Assembly (NCBI RefSeq): GCF_009914755.1
Contig: NC_060940.1
Length of the DNA: 64,000 nt
From: the human T2T-CHM13v2.0 reference genome, Homo sapiens
Direction: 5' to 3' (one strand)
Position numbers and translations under genes: made by a program. This document shows, one piece after another, positions 41,701 to 57,493 of this stretch. Every line of letters begins with the position of its first letter. Position 1 is the first letter of the stretch. Under the pieces are notes generated by a model. It saw only the letters and a program-made list of their open reading frames with translations, made no database searches and was not told where the DNA came from.

Positions 41701-44700
41701 CATTCTATGATTCCATTCAATTCCATTCGTTGATGATTCGATTCCATTCAATGATGATTCCATTTGAGTTCATTCGATGATTCTATTCGATTCCGTTCGA
41801 TGGTGATTCAATTCTATTATATTGGATGATTCCACTCGATTCCATTTGATGATTATTCCATTGGAGTCCACTTAGTGAATCCTTTAGATTCTACTCGACG
41901 ATGATTCCATTCGAGTCCATTCGATGATACCATTCAATTCCATTCGTTGATGCTTCCATTCAAGTGCATTCGATGATATCATTCGATTCCATTTGATGAT
42001 AATTCCATTTGATTCCATGCGATGATTCTATTCGATTCCATTCAATGATAATTCCATTCAATTCAGTGATTCCTCTGGACTCCATTTGATGATGATTCCA
42101 TTCAATGATTCCATTCGATTCTATTCGAAAATGATTCCATTTGAATCCATTTGATGATGATTCCATTAGATTCCATTTGATGATTCCATTCGATTCCATT
42201 CGACGATGATTCCATTCGATTCCGTTTGATGATTCCATTCTATTCTATTCGATGATGATTCCATTCGATTCCATTCGATGATGATTGGATTCGATTCCAT
42301 TGGATGATTTCATTTGATTCCATTCGTTAATGATTTCGATCAATTCCATTCGATGATTCCATTCGATTCCATTCGATAATGATTACATCCGAGTCCATTC
42401 GATGATTCCCTTTGAGCCTGTTCGATAATTCCATTTGAGTCCAACCAATGATTCCATTCATTTCCATTCAATGATTCCATTCGAGTCCATTTGATCATTC
42501 CGGTAGGGTCCATTCGATGTTGATTCCATTGGAGTGCATTCGATGATTCCATTCGAGTCCATTTTATGATTTGATTCGAGTCCTTTCGATGATTCCATTC
42601 GATTCCACTCGATGATGATTTCATTCGAGTCCATTCGACACTTCCAATCGATTCCATTTGATGATTCCATTCGAGTCCAATTGATGATTCCATTCAATTC
42701 CATTCGATGATGATTCCGTACGATTCCATTCTGTGATGATTCCATGTGATTGCATTCAATGATGATTCCTTTCGATTGCATTCGATTATGATTCATTTCG
42801 TGTTCATTCTATGGTTCCACAGGTTTCCATTCGTGTCCATTCCATTATTCCATTCTATTCCATTTGATGATGATTCCATTCGATTCCATTCATTGGTGAT
42901 TCCACTCAATTCCATTCAATGATTCCATTCCATTTCTTTCAACAATGATTCCATTAGTTTCTAATCGATGATCCACTTGATTCCATTTGACGACGATTCC
43001 ATTCTTGTCCATTCGATGATTCCATTTGATTCCATATGATGATGATTCCATTCGATTCCATACCATGATGATTCCATTCGAGTCCATTCAATGGTGATTC
43101 CATTCAATTCCATTCGATGATTCCTTTCGATTCCATTCGATGATGATGGCATTCGATTCCTTTCAATCATTCCCTTTGATTCCATTCCGAGGTGATTTCA
43201 TTCAAGTCCATTCGATAATTGCATTCGATTCCATTCTATGATGATTCCATTCGAGTCCATTTGATGATTCCATTCAATTCAAGTCAATGATGATTCCATT
43301 CGATTCCATTCGATGATTCCATTGGATTCCATTCGATGATGATTCCATTCAAATCCATTCGATAATTCAATTCAAGTCCATTCGATGATGATTCTAATCG
43401 AATCCATTCAAAGATTCCATTCAGTTCCATTCGATGATTCCCTTAGATTCCATTCGATGATTCCACTTGATTGCATTTACGATGATTCCATTCGATTCCA
43501 TGTGATGATTCCATTCAATTCTATTCAATGATGTCTCCATTTGATTCCATTCGACCATGATTGCCTTTGATTCCATTCAATGATTCCATTCGGTTCCGTT
43601 TGATGATGATTCCGTTCGATTCCATTTGATGATTCCATTTGATTCCATTGGATGAGTCCATTCGATTACATTCGATGATTATTCCATTCGAGTGCATTAG
43701 ATGATTCCATTCGAGTCCATTCGATGATTCCATTCGATTCCATTCGATGTTGATTCTGTTCAAATCCATTCGATGATTCCACTCGATTCCATTCGTTGAC
43801 TCCATTTGATCCCATTCGATGATTTCCTTTGATTCCCTTTGATGATCATTCCATTTGATTCAATTCGGTGATTTCATTTGATTCCATTCAGTGATGTTTC
43901 CATTCGACTCCATTCGATGATGATTCCATTCGACTCCATTCGATTATGATTTCATTCAATTCCATTCGATAATGATTCCCTTCGAGTCCATTCGATGATT
44001 CCATTCGATTCCATTCAACGATGATTTGATTCGTGTCCATTCGATGATTCCATTTGATTCCACTTGATGATGATTCCATTCGAGTCCATTTGATGATTCC
44101 ATTCAATTCCATACTCCGATGATTTCTTTTGAGCCCACTCAATGCTTCCACTCGATTCCATATGATGATGACTCCATTCGATGAAATTCGATGATGATTC
44201 CATTCGCTTGCTTTCGATGATGATTCCACTTGAGTCCGTTAGAAGATTCTATTCAACTACATTCCAGGACGATTCCGTTCGAGTCCATTTGATGATTCCA
44301 TTAGACTCCATTCGACGATGATTCCATTCGATGTTATTCGATGATTCCATTCGATCTCATTCGATGATGATTCCATTCAACTCCATTCGATGTTTCCATT
44401 CGAGTTCATTCTATTATTCCATTAGATTCCATTCGATGATGATTCCATTCGATTCCATTTGATGATTGCATTCTATTTCATTTGATGATGATTCCATTCG
44501 AGTCCACTCGATGATTCCATTCGAGTCCATTTAATGAATCCATTGGTTTCAATTCTATGATGATTACATTGGATTCCATTCGTTGATGATTTCATTCGGT
44601 TCCATTCAATGATGATTCCATTCAATTCCTTTCAATGTTTCCATTCAATTCCATACGATGATGATTCCATTTGATTTGATTCGACAGTGAGCCATTCGAT

Positions 44701-44877
44701 TCAATTCCATGATGATTCTATTTGATTCAATTGGTTGACATTTCCATTCGATTCCATTCGATGATGATTCCCTTTGATTCCGTTCAAAGATGATTCCATT
44801 CTAGCCCATTCAATCATTCCATTCGATTCTATTCAATGATGATTCCATTCATGTCGATTTGGTGATTCCATTTGACT
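38766..44877 (+). repeat. Unit 7, canonical 6,112 bp
   Basis: All ORF landmarks sit at the same offsets as in unit 1. Confidence 0.92.
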
Positions 44878-47800
44878 TCATTTGATGATGATTCCTTTCA
44901 AGTTCATTAGATGATTCCATTCGATTCCATTTGATGATGATCCCATTCGAGTCCATTCAGTGATTCCATTCGTTTCCATTCCATGATGATTCCATTCCTT
45001 TCCATTCAATGATTCCATTCGATTCCGTTTGATGATGATTTCATTCGAGTCCATTTGATGATTCCATTTGATTCCATTCGATGATGATTCCATTCGAGTC
45101 CATTCGATGATTCTATTCGAATCCATTTGATGATTTCTTTTGATTATATTTGGTGATGATTCCATTGGAGTCCATTCAATGATTCCATTCTATTCCAATC
45201 GATGATGATTCCATTAGAGTCCATTTAATGATTCCATTTGATTCCAGTCTCTGATGATTACATTCGAGTCCATACGATGATTCCACTCAATTCCATATGA
45301 TGATGATTCCATTTGATTCCATTCGGTGATTCCATTCTATTCTAATCAATGGTGATTCCATTCTATTCTATTCAATGGTGATTCCATTGGAGTACATTAG
45401 ATGATTCCATTCGATTCCATTCAATGATGATTCTATTTGTGTCCCTTAGATGATTCCACATGATTCCATTAGATGATGATACTATTTGAGCCCATCCAAT
45501 GATTCCCTTCGATTCCATTCGATGAGGATTCCATTCGATTCAATTCATTGGTGATTCTATTCAATTCAATTCTTTGATTCCATTCCATTCCATTCGACAA
45601 TGATTCCATTCGATTTCTTTCGATGATTCCACTCGATTCCACTTGACATTGATTCCATTCGATTCCATTCAATGATTCCATTTGATTCCAGTGGATGATG
45701 ATTGCCATCGATTCCATTCGATCACTCCATTCTATTCCATTTGATGATGATTACATTCGATTCCACTTGATGATTCCATCTGATTCTATTCGAGGATTCC
45801 ATTTGATTCCATTCGATGATGATTCCATTCGAGTCCATTCGATGATTTCATTCGAGTACATCCAATGATTCCATTCGAGTCCATTAGATGATTCCATTTG
45901 ATTCCATTTGAAAATGATTCTACTAGAGTCCATTCAATGACTCCATTCGAGTCCATTCAACAATTCCATTCGACTCCATTCGATGATTCCATTCGATTCC
46001 ATTTGATGGTTCCATTCGCGTCCATTTAATCATTACAGTCGAGTCCGTTTGGTGATTCCACTGGATTTCTTTTGATAATGATACCATTCAATTACATTTG
46101 ATGATGATCCCATTCAATTTCATTTGATGATGATTCCATTAGAGTCCATTCGATGATTTCATTCGAGTCCCTTCATTGATTCCATCCGATTTCATTGGAT
46201 GATGACTCCATTCGAGTCCATTCGATGATTCCACTCGATTCCATTAGATGACTCCATTGGAGTCCATTTGATTGTTCCATTCGATTCCATTCGATTCCTT
46301 TCGAAGATTATTCCATTTGAGTCCATTCGATGATGATTCCATTCTATTCCATTCGATGATTCCGTTTGATTCCATTCGATGATTCCCTTCGATTCCTTTC
46401 TTTGATGATTCCATTCCATTCCATTCAATGATTCCATTCGAATCTATTCCATGATGATTCCTTTCGATTCCATTCGCTGATGTTTCCGTTCAATTCCATT
46501 CGATGATGATTCCATTCGATTCCATTCATTGAGGATTCCATTTGATTCCATTCAATGATGATTCCATTGTATTCCATTCAATGATTGCATTCAATTCCAT
46601 TCAATGATTATCCCATTAGGGTAAACTCAACGATTCCATTCAATACCATTCGATGATGATTCCTTTTGAGTCCATTCAATGATTTCATTCAAGTCCATTT
46701 GATGATTCCTTTCAATTCCATTCAATGATGATTCCATTCTATTCCATTCAATGATTGCATTCAATTCCATTCAATGATTATCCCATTAGAGTAAACTCAA
46801 CGATTCCATTCAATACCATTCGATGATGATTCCTTTTGAGTCCATTCAATGATTTCATTCAAGTCCATTTGATGATTCCTTTCAATTCCATTCTATGATG
46901 ATTCCATTCGAGTCCATTCGATGATTCCATTCGATTGCATTCGATGATTCCATTATATTCCATTCAACGGTGATTCCATTCGAGTCCATTCCATGATTCC
47001 ATTAGAGTACATTTAATGATTGCTTTGTTTTCAATTCGAAGATGATTACATTGGATTCCATTCTATGATACCATTCGATTCCATTCAATGATGATTCCAC
47101 TCAAATCCATTGGATGATTCCATTCGTGTCCATTCGGTGATTTCATTAGATTCCATTCGAGGATGATTCCATTCGATTCCATTCGATGATTCCATTCAAT
47201 TCCATTCGTTGATGATTCCATTCCAGTCCATATGATCATTCCATTTGATTTCATTCGATGATGATTCCATTCGATTCCATTCGATGATTCCATTCTATTC
47301 CATTCGATGATGATTCCATTCGAGTCCATTCGATGATTCCATTCGAGTCCATTTAATGATTCCATTGGGTTCAATTCAATGATGATTACATTGGATTCCG
47401 TTCTATGATTCCATTCAATTCCGTTCATTGACAATTTGATTCCATTCGATGATGATTCCATTTGAGTTCATTCGATGATTCTATTCGATTCTCTTCGATG
47501 GTGATTCAATTCTATTATATTGGATGATTCCATTCGATTCCATTTGATGTTGATTCAATTCGATTCTATTCGATGATGATTCCATTGGATTTCACTTGAT
47601 GATTCTATTCGATTCCATTCAATGATGATTCACTTCTCGTCCATTGGATGATTCCATTTCATTCCATTCGATGATGATTCCATTCGATTCCATTCGATGA
47701 TTCCATTTGATTCCATGCGACGGTGAGCAATTCGATTCAATTCCATGATGATTCTATTTGATTCAATTAGATGATGTTTCCATTCGAATCCATTCCATGA

Positions 47801-50800
47801 TTATTCCATTGGAATCCATTCGGCGATGATTCCATATGAGTCAATTCAATGATGATTCCATATGGGTCCGTTCGATGATAATTCCATTTGATTTCATTCG
47901 ATGCTTCTATTCTATTCCAGTCGATGATGATTCCGTTGGAGTCCATACGATGATTCCATTTGATTTCATTTGATGATGATTCCATTCGATGACGATTACA
48001 TTGGATTCCATTCTATGATTCCATTCAATTCCATTCGTTGATGATTCGATTCCATTCAATGATGATTCCATTTGAGTTCATTCGATGATTCTATTCGATT
48101 CCGTTCGATGGTGATTCAATTCTATTATATTGGATGATTCCACTCGATTCCATTTGATGATTATTCCATTGGAGTCCACTTAGTGAATCCTTTAGATTCT
48201 ACTCGACGATGATTCCATTCGAGTCCATTCGATGATACCATTCAATTCCATTCGTTGATGCTTCCATTCAAGTGCATTCGATGATATCATTCGATTCCAT
48301 TTGATGATAATTCCATTTGATTCCATGCGATGATTCTATTCGATTCCATTCAATGATAATTCCATTCAATTCAGTGATTCCTCTGGACTCCATTTGATGA
48401 TGATTCCATTCAATGATTCCATTCGATTCTATTCGAAAATGATTCCATTTGAATCCATTTGATGATGATTCCATTAGATTCCATTTGATGATTCCATTCG
48501 ATTCCATTCGACGATGATTCCATTCGATTCCGTTTGATGATTCCATTCTATTCTATTCGATGATGATTCCATTCGATTCCATTCGATGATGATTGGATTC
48601 GATTCCATTGGATGATTTCATTTGATTCCATTCGTTAATGATTTCGATCAATTCCATTCGATGATTCCATTCGATTCCATTCGATAATGATTACATCCGA
48701 GTCCATTCGATGATTCCCTTTGAGCCTGTTCGATAATTCCATTTGAGTCCAACCAATGATTCCATTCATTTCCATTCAATGATTCCATTCGAGTCCATTT
48801 GATCATTCCGGTAGGGTCCATTCGATGTTGATTCCATTGGAGTGCATTCGATGATTCCATTCGAGTCCATTTTAGGATTTGATTCGAGTCCTTTCGATGA
48901 TTCCATTCGATTCCACTCGATGATGATTTCATTCGAGTCCATTCGACACTTCCAATCGATTCCATTTGATGATTCCATTCGAGTCCAATTGATGATTCCA
49001 TTCAATTCCATTCGATGATGATTCCGTACGATTCCATTCTGTGATGATTCCATGTGATTGCATTCAATGATGATTCCTTTCGATTGCATTCGATTATGAT
49101 TCATTTCGTGTTCATTCTATGGTTCCACAGGTTTCCATTCGTGTCCATTCCATTATTCCATTCTATTCCATTTGATGATGATTCCATTCGATTCCATTCA
49201 TTGGTGATTCCACTCAATTCCATTCAATGATTCCATTCCATTTCTTTCAACAATGATTCCATTAGTTTCTAATCGATGATCCACTTGATTCCATTTGACG
49301 ACGATTCCATTCTTGTCCATTCGATGATTCCATTTGATTCCATATGATGATGATTCCATTCGATTCCATACCATGATGATTCCATTCGAGTCCATTCAAT
49401 GGTGATTCCATTCAATTCCATTCGATGATTCCTTTCGATTCCATTCGATAATGATGGCATTCGATTCCTTTCAATCATTCCCTTTGATTCCATTCAAAGG
49501 TGATTTCATTCAAGTCCATTCGATAATTGCATTCGATTCCATTCTATGATGATTCCATTCGAGTCCATTTGATGATTCCATTCAATTCAAGTCAATGATG
49601 ATTCCATTCGATTCCATTCGATGATTCCATTGGATTCCATTCGATGATGATTCCATTCAAATCCTTTCGATAATTCAATTCAAGTCCATTCGATGATGAT
49701 TCCAATCGAATCCATTCAAAGATTCCATTCAGTTCCATTCGATGATTCCCTTAGATTCCATTCGATGATTCCACTTGATTGCATTTACGATGATTCCATT
49801 CGATTCCATGTGATGATTCCATTCAATTCTATTCAATGATGTCTCCATTTGATTCCATTCGACCATGATTGCCTTTGATTCCATTCAATGATTCCATTCG
49901 GTTCCGTTTGATGATGATTCCGTTCGATTCCATTTGATGATTCCATTTGATTCCATTGGATGGGTCCATTCGATTACATTCGATGATTATTCCATTCGAG
50001 TGCATTAGATGATTCCATTCGAGTCCATTCGATGATTCCATTCGATTCCATTCGATGTTGATTCTGTTCAAATCCATTCGATGATTCCACTCGATTCCAT
50101 TCGTTGACTCCATTTGATCCCATTCGATGATTTCCTTTGATTCCCTTTGATGATCATTCCATTTGATTCAATTCGGTGATTTCATTTGATTCCATTCAGT
50201 GATGTTTCCATTCGACTCCATTCGATGATGATTCCATTCGACTCCATTCGATTATGATTTCATTCAATTCCATTCGATAATGATTCCCTTCGAGTCCATT
50301 CGATGATTCCATTCGATTCCATTCAACGATGTTTTGATTCGTGTCCATTCGATGATTCCATTTGATTCCACTTGATGATGATTCCATTCGAGTCCATTTG
50401 ATGATTCCATTCAATTCCATACTCCGATGATTTCTTTTGAGCCCACTCAATGCTTCCACTCGATTCCATATGATGATGACTCCATTCGATGAAATTCGAT
50501 GATGATTCCATTCGCTTGCTTTCGATGATGATTCCACTTGAGTCCGTTAGAAGATTCTATTCAATTACATTCCATGACGATTCCGTTCGAGTCCATTTGA
50601 TGATTCCATTAGACTCCATTCGACGATGATTCCATTCGATGTTATTCCATGATTCCATTCGATATCAATCGATGATGATTCCATTCAACTCCATTCGATG
50701 TTTCCATTCGAGTTCATTCTATTATTGCATTAGATTCCATTCGATGATGATTCCATTCGATTCCATTTGATGATTGCATTCTATTTCATTTGATGATGAT

Positions 50801-51185
50801 TCCATTCGAGTCCACTCGATGATTCCATTCGAGTCCATTTAATGAATCCATTGGTTTCAATTCTATGATGATTACATTGGATTCCATTCGTTGATGATTT
50901 CATTCGGTTCCATTCAATGATGATTCCATTCAATTCCTTTCAATGTTTCCATTCAATTCCATACGATGATGATTCCATTTGATTTGATTCGACAGTGAGC
51001 CATTCGATTCAATTCCATGATGATTCTATTTGATTCAATTGGTTGACATTTCCATTCGATTCCATTCGATGATGATTCCCTTTGATTCCGTTCAAAGATG
51101 ATTCCATTCTAGCCCATTCAATCATTCCATTCGATTCTATTCAATGATGATTCCATTCATGTCGATTTGGTGATTCCATTTGACT
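44878..51185 (+). repeat. Unit 8, 6,308 bp (tandem duplications of 26 and 170 bp)
   Basis: 26-bp duplication at 45325-45350/45351-45376 and 170-bp duplication at 46551-46720/46721-46890. 6112+196=6308. Confidence 0.92.
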
Positions 51186-54100
51186 TCATTTGATGATGAT
51201 TCCTTTCAAGTTCATTAGATGATTCCATTCGATTCCATTTGATGATGATCCCATTCGAGTCCATTCAGTGATTCCATTCGTTTCCATTCCATGATGATTC
51301 CATTCCTTTCCATTCAATGATTCCATTCGATTCCGTTTGATGATGATTTCATTCGAGTCCATTTGATGATTCCATTTGATTCCATTCGATGATGATTCCA
51401 TTCGAGTCCATTCGATGATTCTATTCGAATCCATTTGATGATTTCTTTTGATTATATTTGGTGATGATTCCATTGGAGTCCATTCAATGATTCCATTCTA
51501 TTCCAATCGATGATGATTCCATTAGAGTCCATTTAATGATTCCATTTGATTCCAGTCTCTGATGATTACATTCGAGTCCATACGATGATTCCACTCAATT
51601 CCATATGATGATGATTCCATTTGATTCCATTCGGTGATTCCATTCTATTCTAATCAATGGTGATTCCATTCTATTCTATTCAATGGTGATTCCATTGGAG
51701 TACATTAGATGATTCCATTCGATTCCATTCAATGATGATTCTATTTGTGTCCCTTAGATGATTCCACATGATTCCATTAGATGATGATACTATTTGAGCC
51801 CATCCAATGATTCCCTTCGATTCCATTCGATGAGGATTCCATTCGATTCAATTCATTGGTGATTCTATTCAATTCAATTCTTTGATTCCATTCCATTCCA
51901 TTCGACAATGATTCCATTCGATTTCTTTCGATGATTCCACTCGATTCCACTTGACATTGATTCCATTCGATTCCATTCAATGATTCCATTTGATTCCAGT
52001 GGATGATGATTGCCATCGATTCCATTCGATCACTCCATTCTATTCCATTTGATGATGATTACATTCGATTCCATTTGATGATTCCATCTGATTCTATTCG
52101 AGGATTCCATTTGATTCCATTCGATGATGATTCCATTCGAGTCCATTCGATGATTTCATTCGAGTACATCCAATGATTCCATTCGAGTCCATTAGATGAT
52201 TCCATTTGATTCCATTTGAAAATGATTCTACTAGAGTCCATTCAATGACTCCATTCGAGTCCATTCAACAATTCCATTCGACTCCATTCGATGATTCCAT
52301 TCGATTCCATTTGATGGTTCCATTCGCGTCCATTTAATCATTACAGTCGAGTCCGTTTGGTGATTCCACTGGATTTCTTTTGATAATGATACCATTCAAT
52401 TACATTTGATGATGATCCCATTCAATTTCATTTGATGATGATTCCATTAGAGTCCATTCGATGATTTCATTCGAGTCCCTTCATTGATTCCATCCGATTT
52501 CATTGGATGATGACTCCATTCGAGTCCATTCGATGATTCCACTCGATTCCATTAGATGACTCCATTGGAGTCCATTTGATTGTTCCATTCGATTCCATTC
52601 GATTCCTTTCGAAGATTATTCCATTTGAGTCCATTCGATGATGATTCCATTCTATTCCATTCGATGATTCCGTTTGATTCCATTCGATGATTCCCTTCGA
52701 TTCCTTTCTTTGATGATTCCATTCCATTCCATTCAATGATTCCATTCGAATCTATTCCATGATGATTCCTTTCGATTCCATTCGCTGATGTTTCCCTTCA
52801 ATTCCATTCGATGATGATTCCATTCGATTCCATTCATTGAGGATTCCATTTGATTCCATTCAATGATGATTCCATTGTATTCCATTCAATGATTGCATTC
52901 AATTCCATTCAATGATTATCCCATTAGGGTAAACTCAACGATTCCATTCAATACCATTCGATGATGATTCCTTTTGAGTCCATTCAATGATTTCATTCAA
53001 GTCCATTTGATGATTCCTTTCAATTCCATTCAATGATGATTCCATTCTATTCCATTCAATGATTGCATTCAATTCCATTCAATGATTATCCCATTAGAGT
53101 AAACTCAACGATTCCATTCAATACCATTCGATGATGATTCCTTTTGAGTCCATTCAATGATTTCATTCAAGTCCATTTGATGATTCCTTTCAATTCCATT
53201 CTATGATGATTCCATTCGAGTCCATTCGATGATTCCATTCGATTGCATTCGATGATTCCATTATATTCCATTCAACGGTGATTCCATTCGAGTCCATTCC
53301 ATGATTCCATTAGAGTACATTTAATGATTGCTTTGTTTTCAATTCGAAGATGATTACATTGGATTCCATTCTATGATACCATTCGATTCCATTCAATGAT
53401 GATTCCACTCAAATCCATTGGATGATTCCATTCGTGTCCATTCGGTGATTTCATTAGATTCCATTCGAGGATGATTCCATTCGATTCCATTCGATGATTC
53501 CATTCAATTCCATTCGTTGATGATTCCATTGCAGTCCATATGATCATTCCATTTGATTTCATTCGATGATGATTCCATTCGATTCGATTCGACGATTCCA
53601 TTATATTCCATTCGATGATGATTCCATTCGAGTCCATTCGATGATTCCATTCGAGTCCATTTAATGATTCCATTGGGTTCAATTCAATGATGATTACATT
53701 GGATTCCGTTCTATGATTCCATTCAATTCCGTTCATTGACAATTTGATTCCATTCGATGATGATTCCATTTGAGTTCATTCGATGATTCTATTCGATTCT
53801 CTTCGATGGTGATTCAATTCTATTATATTGGATGATTCCATTCGATTCCATTTGATGTTGATTCAATTCGATTCTATTCGATGATGATTCCATTGGATTT
53901 CACTTGATGATTCTATTCGATTCCATTCAATGATGATTCACTTCTCGTCCATTGGATGATTCCATTTCATTCCATTCGATGATGATTCCATTCGATTCCA
54001 TTCGATGATTCCATTTGATTCCATGCGACGGTGAGCAATTCGATTCAATTCCATGATGATTCTATTTGATTCAATTAGATGATGTTTCCATTCGAATCCA

Positions 54101-57100
54101 TTCCATGATTATTCCATTGGAATCCATTCGGCGATGATTCCATATGAGTCAATTCAATGATGATTCCATATGGGTCCGTTCGATGATAATTCCATTTGAT
54201 TTCATTCGATGCTTCTATTCTATTCCAGTCGATGATGATTCCGTTGGAGTCCATACGATGATTCCATTTGATTTCATTTGATGATGATTCCATTCGATGA
54301 CGATTACATTGGATTCCATTCTATGATTCCATTCAATTCCATTCGTTGATGATTCGATTCCATTCAATGATGATTCCATTTGAGTTCATTCGATGATTCT
54401 ATTCGATTCCGTTCGATGGTGATTCAATTCTATTATATTGGATGATTCCACTCGATTCCATTTGATGATTATTCCATTGGAGTCCACTTAGTGAATCCTT
54501 TAGATTCTACTCGACGATGATTCCATTCGAGTCCATTCGATGATACCATTCAATTCCATTCGTTGATGCTTCCATTCAAGTGCATTCGATGATATCATTC
54601 GATTCCATTTGATGATAATTCCATTTGATTCCATGCGATGATTCTATTCGATTCCATTCAATGATAATTCCATTCAATTCAGTGATTCCTCTGGACTCCA
54701 TTTGATGATGATTCCATTCAATGATTCCATTCGATTCTATTCGAAAATGATTCCATTTGAATCCATTTGATGATGATTCCATTAGATTCCATTTGATGAT
54801 TCCATTCGATTCCATTCGACGATGATTCCATTCGATTCCGTTTGATGATTCCATTCTATTCTATTCGATGATGATTCCATTCGATTCCATTCGATGATGA
54901 TTGGATTCGATTCCATTTGATGATTTCATTTGATTCCATTCGTTAATGATTTCGATCAATTCCATTCGATGATTCCATTCGATTCCATTCGATAATGATT
55001 ACATCCGAGTCCATTCGATGATTCCCTTTGAGCCTGTTCGATAATTCCATTTGAGTCCAACCAATGATTCCATTCATTTCCATTCAATGATTCCATTCGA
55101 GTCCATTTGATCATTCCGGTAGGGTCCATTCGATGTTGATTCCATTGGAGTGCATTCGATGATTCCATTCGAGTCCATTTTAGGATTTGATTCGAGTCCT
55201 TTCGATGATTCCATTCGATTCCACTCGATGATGATTTCATTCGAGTCCATTCGACACTTCCAATCGATTCCATTTGATGATTCCATTCGAGTCCAATTGA
55301 TGATTCCATTCAATTCCATTCGATGATGATTCCGTACGATTCCATTCTGTGATGATTCCATGTGATTGCATTCAATGATGATTCCTTTCGATTGCATTCG
55401 ATTATGATTCATTTCGTGTTCATTCTATGGTTCCACAGGTTTCCATTCGTGTCCATTCCATTATTCCATTCTATTCCATTTGATGATGATTCCATTCGAT
55501 TCCATTCATTGGTGATTCCACTCAATTCCATTCAATGATTCCATTCCATTTCTTTCAACAATGATTCCATTAGTTTCTAATCGATGATCCACTTGATTCC
55601 ATTTGACGACGATTCCATTCTTGTCCATTCGATGATTCCATTTGATTCCATATGATGATGATTCCATTCGATTCCATACCATGATGATTCCATTCGAGTC
55701 CATTCAATGGTGATTCCATTCAATTCCATTCGATGATTCCTTTCGATTCCATTCGATGATGATGGCATTCGATTCCTTTCAATCATTCCCTTTGATTCCA
55801 TTCAAAGGTGATTTCATTCAAGTCCATTCGATAATTGCATTCGATTCCATTCTATGATGATTCCATTCGAGTCCATTTGATGATTCCATTCAATTCAAGT
55901 CAATGATGATTCCATTCGATTCCATTCGATGATTCCATTGGATTCCATTCGATGATGATTCCATTCAAATCCTTTCGATAATTCAATTCAAGTCCATTCG
56001 ATGATGATTCCAATCGAATCCATTCAAAGATTCCATTCAGTTCCATTCGATGATTCCCTTAGATTCCATTCGATGATTCCACTTGATTGCATTTACGATG
56101 ATTCCATTCGATTCCATGTGATGATTCCATTCAATTCTATTCAATGATGTCTCCATTTGATTCCATTCGACCATGATTGCCTTTGATTCCATTCAATGAT
56201 TCCATTCGGTTCCGTTTGATGATGATTCCGTTCGATTCCATTTGATGATTCCATTTGATTCCATTGGATGGGTCCATTCGATTACATTCGATGATTATTC
56301 CATTCGAGTGCATTAGATGATTCCATTCGAGTCCATTCGATGATTCCATTCGATTCCATTCGATGTTGATTCTGTTCAAATCCATTCGATGATTCCACTC
56401 GATTCCATTCGTTGACTCCATTTGATCCCATTCGATGATTTCCTTTGATTCCCTTTGATGATCATTCCATTTGATTCAATTCGGTGATTTCATTCGATTC
56501 CATTCAGTGATGTTTCCATTCGACTCCATTCGATGATGATTCCATTCGACTCCATTCGATTATGATTTCATTCAATTCCATTCGATAATGATTCCCTTCG
56601 AGTCCATTCGATGATTCCATTCGATTCCATTCAACGATGTTTTGATTCGTGTCCATTCGATGATTCCATTTGATTCCACTTGATGATGATTCCATTCGAG
56701 TCCATTTGATGATTCCATTCAATTCCATACTCCGATGATTTCTTTTGAGCCCACTCAATGCTTCCACTCGATTCCATATGATGATGACTCCATTCGATGA
56801 AATTCGATGATGATTCCATTCGCTTGCTTTCGATGATGATTCCACTTGAGTCCGTTAGAAGATTCTATTCAATTACATTCCATGACGATTCCGTTCGAGT
56901 CCATTTGATGATTCCATTAGACTCCATTCGACGATGATTCCTTTCGATGTTATTCCATGATTCCATTCGATATCAATCGATGATGATTCCATTCAACTCC
57001 ATTCGATGTTTCCATTCGAGTTCATTCTATTATTGCATTAGATTCCATTCGATGATGATTCCATTCGATTCCATTTGATGATTGCATTCTGTTTCATTTG

Positions 57101-57493
57101 ATGATGATTCCATTCGAGTCCACTCAATGATTCCATTCGAGTCCATTTAATGAATCCATTGGTTTCAATTCTATGATGATTACATTGGATTCCATTCGTT
57201 GATGATTTCATTCGGTTCCATTCAATGATGATTCCATTCAATTCCTTTCAATGTTTCCATTCAATTCCATACGATGATGATTCCATTTGATTTGATTCGA
57301 CAGTGAGCCATTCGATTCAATTCCATGATGATTCTATTTGATTCAATTGGTTGACATTTCCATTCGATTCCATTCGATGATGATTCCCTTTGATTCCGTT
57401 CAAAGATGATTCCATTCTAGCCCATTCAATCATTCCATTCGATTCTATTCAATGATGATTCCATTCATGTCGATTTGGTGATTCCATTTGACT
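51186..57493 (+). repeat. Unit 9, 6,308 bp, near-identical copy of unit 8
   Basis: It carries the same 26-bp (51633-51684) and 170-bp (52859-53198) duplications and the same private SNVs as unit 8. Confidence 0.92.
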
